Assembly (NCBI GenBank): GCA_001244265.2
Contig: CDLV01000008.1
Location: 682,001 to 746,000, forward strand
Length of the DNA stretch: 64,000 bases
Reading direction: 5' to 3'
Origin: Microbotryum violaceum
Taxonomy: Eukaryota
Part shown: positions 12,799 through 24,907 of the stretch, piece after piece
Numbering within the stretch: the first letter of the stretch is position 1
Layout of the letters: every line of letters begins with the position of its first letter
The notes under the pieces: generated by a model
The model's input: the letters and a program-made list of their open reading frames with translations, nothing else
The model's database searches: none
Told to the model about the DNA's origin: nothing
Position numbers and translations under genes: made by a program

Positions 12799-13382
12799 GT
12801 TTGGAAGATCCACCATGCGGTTGTACCCTGCCTCGTATATCGCGCTACACATCCAGTCTTCTGTCGCCTGCCTGATGAGACCATGTGACAACTCTGCTCC
12901 CCTCTCATACAGGCTCAGAGCCCACATGACCTCTGTACTCCCGTATCGCATCTTTGCTTTACGGAGCCCTCCCTTAGTGGTCCATGCGATCCTCTACTGT
13001 CCTGTTACTTGAATCGTCCTTGTCCTTTGCAATACACGAGACCAATCCTGTCATAAGTCGCCGCCGCTAGTAAGGATCTACGATCCATGAGCACTCGACC
13101 TGACCTTGGACACAACTCTTCGAGGACCTATCTCCTGTGGCGGCCCAGATCCGAATTGCGCTCCAGGTTACATAGGAACTCAGTGTCTATTTAGCAATGA
13201 TTCAAAAAAAAAAGGATAAGAATGAAAGGCGAGGGGATGATACTGACGGCATAATAGATACCACGATATAGGATGACAGGATAAATATGTTTATATAAAA
13301 AACGGGCGTTTCGAAGACTGCCTTTGGAACCGAGGAAACACAGGAGGGGGGAGCACTTTCTCCACGGAAGAGCACTATCGCA

Positions 13383-15519
13383 TCACATCATCAGAGGGCC
13401 CTCTACTTCACTCCGCTTAGCGCTCCCGGCGAGGATGTTGACGATCGTCAAAGCCCACTCGAGGGCGGTTCCAGGCCCACGAGAGGTGACGAGATTGCCT
13501 GAAACGACGACTCGATCTTCGACGTAGTCGTAGTCTTGACAATAGAACGAAGAAAACACGTTCGTCAGGTCCACTACAAGACGACTCATGTGTGTGGGAC
13601 CTCCACCGTGTACTCACGTTTCTCGAGATCACCTTTGACGCTCGGATGACTGGTGATCCGTTGACCACCGGCGATCCCGGACGTCTTGGCCGCGAGAGAT
13701 CCGGCGCAGATCATGCCGACGAGCTTGCCCTGGTCGTAAAAAGATCGAATCAAGGTCTGCACCTCACGAGAGGATGACAAGCGGTCCGCTCCCTTGGCAC
13801 CTCCGGGGATGATCTACCAGTGAGGTTCACAGGAGGAGGTAGTCAGCACCTAAATGAGGAGCTCGCCCTCACCACAGCAGATCTCGTCCTGCACTTACGA
13901 TGGCGTCAAAATCGTCCTTGTGCTCCTGCTTGAGAGTTTCGAACTTGGTATCGGCCAACATCCGTGCGCCTCGGGACAGGGTGATGTAGGGCAAAGACTG
14001 GGATGGCGAGAGTTGAGGCGATAGAGATACGATCGCAGGCCCCAACGAGGCTCGAACCAACACGTCAAAGATGGTCATGACCTCGATCTCTTCTGATCCG
14101 TCCGCAACGAGGATCATGACGCGCTTCTCGCCATCTTGTTTGGCAACGGGGGCAAAGACGGCCTTTTTGACCGCGCTCGCGACTCGCTTCACACTCGTCG
14201 ATCGAGTCAATGGCTGATCCTGCAAAGATACGCCTTTACGGTCGCCCTGGGGCAGAGGAGAGGGGTCGCGCTGGCGTCCTCCATTGTTCTCGGAGAACGG
14301 AGGTGGTGGTGGCATCGCGTTGGCCTGACTCGCCGATCCAGCTCGATGACGGTTCGAATCCGGGTTGTTGGTACCGCGGGGTGCTCGTTGCGATTGCGTT
14401 CGACGCGGCAGCGGGTTCCAGCCTGCGAGTTCCGAGTCGGGTCGAAGACGGCTCGCACCCGTCGTGGAGGGCGCGAAGGCAACGCCAGGTGCGGCCATAC
14501 CGTGAGTAACTTGTCCAATATCATTGGCTCTACAAGTTAAAGTAAAGCAACGACGTAACACTTTTGGTTTGAGTTGGCTCCAGTGAGAGTTTGCAATTCG
14601 TGGGGAAAATTCGGCTCGGAACTCACCGAGCCCCGCGAGAGTCGGGATGACGGGCTCGACCGTTCGCTTCGCTGTCGTGGATTGTCTGAGCAGGAGGTTG
14701 AGGGAAATAGGAATCTGCGAAGAGGTGAAGGACAGGCGAGAAGCCATCAGCGACGAAGCCTCGGAGCGCGGGGTGAACGCCTATGGCCCGGACGGTTGGA
14801 GCAGCACCGCGCCGACCAAGCCGAGCCGTTGATAGCAGCATGAACCTTCCCCCTCGAAGGAGCTACATCATAGGATCGCTCTGATCTCGCGCAAATCCTT
14901 CCCAGGACTCGTCCTCCGCGTTCGAATTCCGACTCTAGCTCCGAGGCTGGGCAGGTGCAGCGAGCGACACGCAGCATGTGAGCCATCTCCCCATCAATAC
15001 CTCGGCCGCCCTGCCCCGCCCGACGTCGAGGCCTTCGCGGCAGAAGGGCGATGTACGAGGTGCAAGCGATGCCGACGCAGCCTCGATGAGCTCGCGACGT
15101 GTCGTATCAAACAGAGATCTATTTGGCCTAGTCGAAGCGGGATGTTTGCGGGGCGATCTCTTGCTATCGACGCGTCGGCCGACTCGCAGCTAGCCGAGAT
15201 GCATGTATGCGGCGCGTCCGCCCATCCAAGACAAGGAGCGATCGCGCGACGGCCAGCCAACGCAGGGTGCCTAAGGTTAGCCGTACGTACCTGGTGCAGG
15301 ACTGGTACTGAGGTTGTTGAAGCCTGGTGATCGTGCTCCGCCGCCCGAAGGCTTGGCGTTGTGACGGGACGAGGTCCGTTCGGGTCGGTCGATCGAGGTG
15401 GACGGCATGGGAACCGAGCCAAGAGGAGGCGAAGGCGTCTTGTTGTGGTGGCGGTCATTGTCCTTGTTGCTGCGACTCAACGAGCGCACCAGTTTGCGGA
15501 AAGCACCTCCTTCACTCAT
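13383..15519 (-). CDS. DJ-1/ThiJ/PfpI family protein with long disordered N-terminal extension (5' structure uncertain)
   Basis: RVMILVADGSEEIEV (Glu), IIPGGAKGA, GMICAGS (nucleophile Cys), ITSHP, LVTSRGPGTALEWAL. The start is either ATG 15519 (MSEGGAFRKL..., needing a long intron) or an ATG in ORF 13869..14747. Confidence 0.85.
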
Positions 15520-16499
15520 GGTCGTTGGACAGTCGATGCGGGGTTGGGGATGGATTCGAGGTGAGGAGGAGCGTTGAGGGAGGAGCTTGAGAGCAGCGTT
15601 CGTTGGAGCCCAGACTCAGTGTGCCTCTCAGTCGTAGGGGCGCAGTAGGGGCGCTCACTGGCGCTCAGGCACTGCCTCGTCTCAAAAGAGGCCCGCGCGC
15701 AAGAGGCTGCAAATAGAGGAGACTCGCATTTCATTTGGACCGCGAACTCACCGCCGGCTTCTCGATGCGAGCGACCCCACCAAAAAAAGTGAAATGAAAC
15801 CATGGGACATAGTGCCCGCCACTCCCTCCCTTCTTCCCATCCCATTTCCATACATTCATTGTTGCAAACGAGTCCCTCTTGATGAGATTGGTCGGGGCTC
15901 GGGCGGGCAAGACACATCATGCGGTCAGCGCTGGACCGCTTCGCCATTGCCAACTTGGCGCGCGCTGGGCCAGCAAGAGAACTCACGAAGGAGAGCGTCA
16001 CACTCGCATCGATGGTTGTAGGAACCTTGAGGGTAGATGAATTGAGGTCGTGGTCGACCTGGTGAGCTGATTGACATTTCACAGTCCGCCGTTTGAGGAC
16101 CTGCGAGGAGGGAAGAGGGTCGAGATGATAATGTCGCACGCGCGGTCCGAGTCAGCTACCGATGCCGCGTGAATGCGGATGCGATGACGTAATGCGTCAC
16201 ACAGAGTACAGTCGGAGGGGTGGCAAGTGTACTTACTCGGCATCACCGCTCGCTTGGGATCTTGACGCAACCATCCGAGGAGCTTGATGGTCTTGTGGCG
16301 CCGGGATCTTCGACGGAGTTTGGTGAGGAAAGAGAGAGGCAGAGTGGTCGCGCCAGCGCTCGGGAGGTCATTCTTAAATGCTCCCGCGCGCGGACCCATT
16401 TCGAGCGCGATGACATCCTTCCAAGTTCCGAAGCATAGCAGACGGACATCACACCAAGCGACGGGTGATTCATTTTACCGTCGTTGAAAATCTTCTTCT

Positions 16500-17927
16500 T
16501 CGTGCCCAGTAGAGCTGATGTCCGGGTTTTCTAGGCTATACACCACTTCGGCGAGTCGGCTCAATTCTGCAGCCGGTTCGGCCATGATATGTTCGCACAA
16601 GCTGTCGGGACACTTCGATTCATTTCGCATCGATTCAGTCGGCTGAAAACGATGCTCATCGATTTATCAAGCAGATCTCTCCGCTTCCCATTCCGTCCGT
16701 TCGAATGACCCATCGGCCTCGGCGTGTTCAAGCGAAGTCCGAACAAAGAAAGTTCTCCTCTCCCATATTAGAAGTATAGAGGAATGGATCCCGACTCAAG
16801 GGGACGGCAGGAGAGGAACTTGGTAGAAAGCATCCGCAAAGTCGAAACCAAAACATTGCATTGACGGCGGTAAAGCACGAAACTGCCGGACAAGCTGGGC
16901 AAGCGTTGTCCATCTACACGGGAAAACGTTTGCAGTCAGCAAGTCGTTGCAGCTTTCGATCTCAGTGAGCTCATCGCACGCCCGCGGATACGACATATTC
17001 TCGATCACGCGGTGTTTCGGGGGTTGACCCGGTTCGCGTCGTTTTTCGATCACCGACAGCGGATTAGAGCGGAAAGAGCCGACTTGAAGGCGGAGCCAGT
17101 CGTAGTCAAAGGGCCCCGCGATGCGACCGTCGCATAAGAGACGGAGAAGTTCCTAGGCCGGTGCCTCACGAGATGCGTCATCATCGTTCGAAATGTGGCT
17201 GATCCGAGTAAACAGCTCCCTCGGAAGGTGACGGAGGCCAAAGTCGAAACCCTCGCGGATTTGGGTCGGGGTCGAATCGACTTGCTCAAAGGGAGTGTTG
17301 CCGCGGTGTTTTTGAAGATGTCAGCCATGAGGGCGGCGTACAGGAATGAAGCCGGCTGCCACTCGTCGAAGGTGAGCAAGTGATCGAGCTGGTGACCTAT
17401 GGTGACCTAGTTGGAGAGTCGCCGAGCGGTCCTTGGTCATGGCGAGAGAGATAGTCTGACCCAGCTTCACCTTGATGCTGGCTCCAGGCGTGAACAGACT
17501 CATCGGGATCGCTTCTGGTCTGGTCGCGTTGAACGTGATGTCAAACAACTCCGACGAGACGGCGGTTGGCGAGTCCGTGTAGGCCGAAACCAAACTGGCA
17601 CGAGAGTGGGACGTAGTGACATTGTAGGAACTGAAAGACCTCTTGTGGGAGTCCGAAGCGCCCGCCTGGAGACTCCTGTAGAGTTCGCGACCGAATGAGG
17701 CTACTAAGTCCTGCGGGGCCGCCCCACCACCAAGCGCGTTCGCACCCGCATCAGCGGCACCAAGACCGCTGTAACCAGCACCAGGACCGCCAGTGCCAGT
17801 AGCAACTGGACCGCCAGCACCCACCGCTCCGCAAGCACCACCAATCACCAACACCACCAGCACCACCAACACCTCCAGCACCACCAACACCTCCAGCACC
17901 ACCAGCACCACCGGGGGGTGCCGACAT
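16500..17927 (-). mobile_element. Degenerate, internally deleted tyrosine-recombinase (DIRS/Ngaro-type) retrotransposon: gag-like ORF plus RT fragment; boundaries approximate
   Basis: RT frame about 17290-16735 reads QIREGFDFGL...*ELLRLLCDGRIAGPFDYDWLRLQVGSFRSNPLSVIEKRREPGQPPKHRVIENMSYP...SCNDLLTANVFPCRWTTL...GFDFADAFYQVP. This fits the fungal DIRS/Ngaro RT N-terminal pattern (GFxxG; GRxxGPF; SPLxxVPK; KxRxIxxxSxP; DxxxAY). The upstream Gly-rich ORF carries LTFDEWQxA. There are in-frame stops and frameshifts, and no YxDD was found. Confidence 0.75.
17848..17912. repeat. 9/18-bp tandem repeat (ACCAGCACC / ACCAACACC / TCCAGCACC) encoding GGA/GGV at the start of the gag-like ORF
   Basis: Directly visible; on the minus strand from ATG 17927 it reads MSAPPGGAGGAGGVGGAGGVGGAGGVG. 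Confidence 0.85.
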
Positions 17928-18239
17928 CGTCGATCGTTGATCAGCGGTCGGTGGGCTCCAATCGCGATTTAAACATAGTGGTTTGATAAGAAAAGATTCG
18001 GCTGCTTGCCTCGACTACTCGCCTTCTTCTTGGGAATGGCATAAGCACTTCACCACTCGAAGCTCACATGTATCCGCCCCTCTCCATGCTCCACTGCACG
18101 CTCTCTCGGCCCGCACGAGTCTCGACTTTTCAGCTCAACCGACCGGTCAAAATCGAAGTCATCTTTGTTCAACTTTCGGCATTGCGATTCCATCACAGAT
18201 TTGCCGGCTGAATGAACAAGCTTCAAAACAGGTGTAGAT

Positions 18240-19256
18240 TCAAGCGGACTCGGAGTGCATTTGCAGAGCGGCCTATCCGGTATGGAAAGGAAGGGGCGTC
18301 CAAGAGGTCAGCAACTGAAATTGATGGGCGAAACAACGACTTCTGGGATTGGTACCTACGAAAAGCTTGTCCTTGGCCGCACCGACGACCGTGCCCTTCT
18401 TCTCGCCTTTCTGGAAGAACATGAACGTCGGCATCGCCTTAATCGCGCACTCGTGCGTAATTTCCTAAATGTCGATCAGAGCAGCAAAGTCAGTTCCGCT
18501 AATTTAGATCGATCATGCGTCAGTTAGCCCATCCAAATCACGCACCTCTTGGGCCTCTACATCGACCTTGTAGAACTCGAGGTTGGTGTGCTCCTCTTCG
18601 AGTTGCTCAAAGACGGGCGAGATGACCTTGCTGTTGGCACGCGAACGGGAAAGCAATGTGCGTCCGTTCAGGATCGCGAGATCAAGTGGACCTTCTCACT
18701 TCCCGATACTTACCAAGGTCTATAGTGTGAGATTGACGGGAGAGTTCAAAAGTAGAACCACGTTAGTAAAAGCGGACAATGCCAAAGTAAACCCACCCGT
18801 GCCCTGCTGGCATCTCGACACTCACCCGCACCCTGTGGGCGATGCACAAAGCAAGGGGTATGAAGTCAGCTACGACCCTATCGACGACGACATAATCACT
18901 CTTCGTGTGAAAACATACACGTGGCCCAAAAGTCGATGACGACGATCTTGTCCGTGTTGATAATCTTCTTGAATTCGGCGAGCGATTCGATTGCCTTGAC
19001 CACTGCGTTTGTGGTGGTCAGTGATCGGATGAGATATGCGCGTTTTTATCAGACTGAACAGTCATCGGACATCGTCTCCTCCTCCGTTCGAAACAGCTGA
19101 GATAAGCCTTCGTCTCGTGCATGGTGGCGCGGGTCGGAGCGCGTGGAAATCTGATCCGACCCGACGTGTATCGTCGCAGGCCCGGGCCACCTCGACGATT
19201 ACACCAGGATCATGCCACATCCACTGAGCTCCGAAGCACGGAAGGTAAGACTCACT
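18240..19256 (-). CDS. TRX: Thioredoxin (106 aa, WCGPC), 7 coding exons including two micro-exons
   Basis: Exons 19256 | 19002-18919 | 18832-18826 | 18719-18714 | 18630-18546 | 18464-18360 | 18272-18240 total 321 nt and translate to MVKAIESLAEFKKIINTDKIVVIDFWATWCGPCKVISPVFEQLEEEHTNLEFYKVDVEAQEEITHECAIKAMPTFMFFQKGEKKGTVVGAAKDKLFAALQMHSESA*. All introns are GT-AG. Confidence 0.93.
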
Positions 19257-19694
19257 GTTGATTATATTTACGAAGTAAAGAAGTGGGAGATGGAGATTGG
19301 AGAGATGTGATCAAAGCTCGGCAAAGATTGGAGGAGCAGTCGGCCCTCTGACGTCGAGTCGATTTTACCGGCAGCTGCAGACGAGCGAACACGCAATCGG
19401 GCGGCGTTTGCTGACAAATCCAGGTGAAGGGCCGGGGTCCGGATGACAAATCCGTAATTGGGTCCAACAAGATGCATCGGGAGGACGAGGTCGTTCTGGT
19501 ATCTTCCGTACTGAACGACCAATCCTTTCCAAAAGGACCACATCGATTAAAATCACATTTCATGACTTTGTGATACACGCTGCCCTGAAGACCCGCCTGC
19601 CTGCCCGCCTGCCTCGGCTTCAACCACTTCAATTTCTACCTGAGCAAGATATTGCAATCCCACCCCTTTTGAAACACATTCGTCCCGCCTTTCT

Positions 19695-21787
<2,093 letters not shown>

Positions 21788-22607
21788 GGTGGTGATGGTG
21801 TGCGGTGAGAGAGCGCAGTGCAGGTGTCGAGCACGGAAGCGGAGCGGTTGGTGCCGAGGCGCGTTCTGGCGCGTCGGGTGTAAATTTGTAAATTGCGCTC
21901 AACTGCGCCAATAGCTCATCACCAAACTGGCTAAACCAACGCGCGTTGGGTGCTGACGCGAAATGAAAGAGGCTCGTTCCTGGCCCACTCTTGGGGATTG
22001 GGTCGCTCTTGTGGGCTTGTGCTCCTGCTCGTGCTTGTTGCTGCTCATCACTCTCACCACCACCACCGCACACACTCGTTCCTCCGTAAGTTGATTCCCA
22101 TCCTCCCTGACTAGGTCAATCGGAATGGAGTGGCATGACCCTCCTTGAGCCCTCGACGACGACGGTGCGCTTGCTCCTTTTGTCCTGGGACAGCGGGTCG
22201 GCACCGATCATCTCCCACTTTGGGCACATCGGGGTCATCTTTCCCCTGTCCCCTTGCCCCACCTCATATCTCACACTTCACTCACACTCACACTGTCCCA
22301 CGTTCGCATATCTACCCTTGTTGTTCCTACCTCGTTGATCTCCCTCGTTCGTTGCTCGTCGCTCGTCGCTCGTCGCTCGTCGTGATCTCGTGCTCTCGTG
22401 CTCTCGTTTGTCCATCCACCCCACCCCGTAACACGTTCACGCACCAATCCCGCGCCATCCTACCTGCCTTGGCCTTGTAGTACGCCCATTCGAGCTCAAG
22501 GGCGGCACGCACTTTTTCCGACTTGGCTTATATCCTACAAGCCTCGTATACAACACACACACACACGCACACACGCATCAAGCTCGCCTGACCCGTCTCC
22601 ATCATCC

Positions 22608-24332
22608 ATGTCGGACCCAGCCGATCTCGCTCGCAAGCGAAGCCGCTCCACGTCGCAGGACGGCCACGACCCAGCCGAACCCCAAAACGGCACCGCCAAT
22701 CACAACGGTGGCGCCTCGACCTCGACCTCCTCCAACAAAAAGGCCAACAACAACACCAATGCACCGACCGAGTTGACCCGCGACGATGATGTCGAGCAAA
22801 TAGAGGGCAACGACGACGTCAAGCCCATGGTTGTCGATTCAGAGAACCCTTCCTCTACTTCGGCGGAGCCTTCGACTTCGAATCCGGCCAAGCCTGCCGC
22901 TGCCACTGCAGAGGGGGATGCAGAAGCCGTTTCGGCCGCGGTCATTCAGATGAGAGCTCTGATCGTCACCCAGGACGCGTCCATCATCATCGGCAAGGGC
23001 GGCAAGAACGTCAACGAGATCCGCGACAAATCAGGCAGCAAGATCACCATCACCGAGACCATCCCGGGCAACCCGGAGAGGATCATGGTCATTGCCGGAC
23101 CGTTGGATGCTGTTTCCAAGGTGCGTGGACACAATGCATGTTTCCGTCCGTATTGGGGTGCAATGGCTCATCACTTTGTACCCGGTGAGCAAAGGCATTT
23201 GGTTTGATCGTGCGTCGAATCAACGACGAGCCCTTCGAGACACCCTCCGTACCTGGATCTCGCGCAGTCACAATTCGGTAAGAGATTCATCACCAGGACA
23301 CTGTGGAGTCGGGCCACCGGGCTAATGTCGTTCGTGTCCAGTTTCATCATCCCGAACGCGCGAATGGGATCCGTCATCGGTAAGGGCGGCGCCAAGATCA
23401 AGGAAATTCAAGAGGCTTCCGGCGCCAGATTACAAGCGAGTGAGGCCATGCTGCCAGGCAGTACCGAGGTCAGTCAGCAAATCTCTCCGGGCCGAAGAGT
23501 CCCATGGCCTTCCTCCGAGTCCTCATCTGACTCGCCGATCTTTTCTCCCTTCTCCAGCGAGTGCTTTCGGTCTCGGGTGTCGCTGACGCGATCCACATCG
23601 CCGTCTACTACATTGGAACGATCCTGCAAGAACACGCGGGCAACGTGCTCGTTAACACGCCGTACCGACCGAGCGTCGCGCCGCCTCTAGACCCTTACGG
23701 AGCGCCGGTACCTCCCCCGGGCGCGTACGGTAGGGGACCGCCACCGCCGAGAGGGTACCATGGATTCGGAGGACCAGGGCCGCATGGTCATGGTGGACCG
23801 CCCGGCGGTGGGTACGGTGGAGGTGCGGCCGGTCCGGGTGCGCAGACGCAGCAGATCTTTATCCCGAATGAGCTGGTCGGTGAGTCCCGGTTCCCCGGCG
23901 GCGTATCGACGCAACTACGAAGGGTCGCTGATGATGAGTATTCGATGTCGGTGGTGGGCTTGCAGGCTCGATCATTGGGAAAGGAGGGGCCAAGATCAAC
24001 GAGGTGCGACAGGCGTCGCAGTGCCAGATCAAGATTGACGAACCGGGAGGAGCGGTCGCCGCGGGTGGATCCCCAGCAGAGAGGGTCAGTTTTTCAGGAG
24101 ATAAGTCATAGCCTTGGATTGGGCTGATCATTTGATGGACTTGTGTGTGCATCGTTCCCACAGCTGGTGACGATCACGGGTCAGCCGGCAGGGATCCAAG
24201 TCGCGGTGCGCTTGCTGTACGCTCGACTGGAGCAAGAAAAGGAGAAGCGTGAGTTCAGTTCAGCTCGTTTCGAAATCAACCTGCAAATATACTGATCTCG
24301 ACCATGCATCCGGTATAGAACTCGGCGCTTGA
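22608..24332 (+). CDS. Triple KH-domain RNA-binding protein (PCBP/hnRNP K; Rnc1/Pbp2-like)
   Basis: Three GxxG KH motifs: IIGKGGKNVNEIR, VIGKGGAKIKEIQEASGA, IIGKGGAKINEVR. Confidence 0.92.
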
Positions 24333-24907
24333 ACACGGGCCAACGCATCCATGGAGAACTTTGACAACCCAACACCAATCAACTGGGGAACTCCTGCTGT
24401 CTAGGTTCAGAGTTTTTGTGTAACATAGCTTTCTCGTCACCCTTTTTCTTGAAAAAGACGTTCTTCTACTCGACAAGTTGTCGCGTTCTCTGCGGGCCCG
24501 TCTGAAGAGATTAGGCACACCGAGCTCAGATCGAGGCGGCGAGATCGATCGACGGTCGGACGTCGAAAGCCTAATATTAGCCTCGCCGCTCAGATCGCTC
24601 AGACCGCGCGCCCGTCCGCGCCGGCCCGCGCGCGACTGTCCTTCGCAGCCGGCCGGGACTGGCCCAACCAGCAAGCAGCGCCCAAGTGCTGTCTCTGTGA
24701 TCGACCGTTCCTACTCGTTCCGGACTGCACCCTCCTTCTTTGCGTGATCCAATCAAGCTCAACCCTGGGCGCAGTCTTGACTCGGTTGGGTCAATCATCT
24801 CCTCGAGGGAGGCACTTGAACAGCTCTCGTGACGAACGGAATCGAAACGCTCGGTCGGTCGTCGCTCCGAACCCCGGGTCGATCGCAGTACTTGTCCTTC
24901 AACCAGA

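Noticed and set aside
16250-16400. SAGATTL...IKLLGW as a tyrosine recombinase C-terminus of the retroelement
   Set aside because: Lacks the HxxR motif and catalytic Tyr; the similarity is too weak.
17848-17912. Repeat array as possible CRISPR
   Set aside because: Eukaryotic context, no spacers; it is a Gly-coding tandem repeat.
18255-18939. Plus-strand ORFs 18255..18527 and 18583..18939
   Set aside because: Antisense shadows of the spliced thioredoxin gene.
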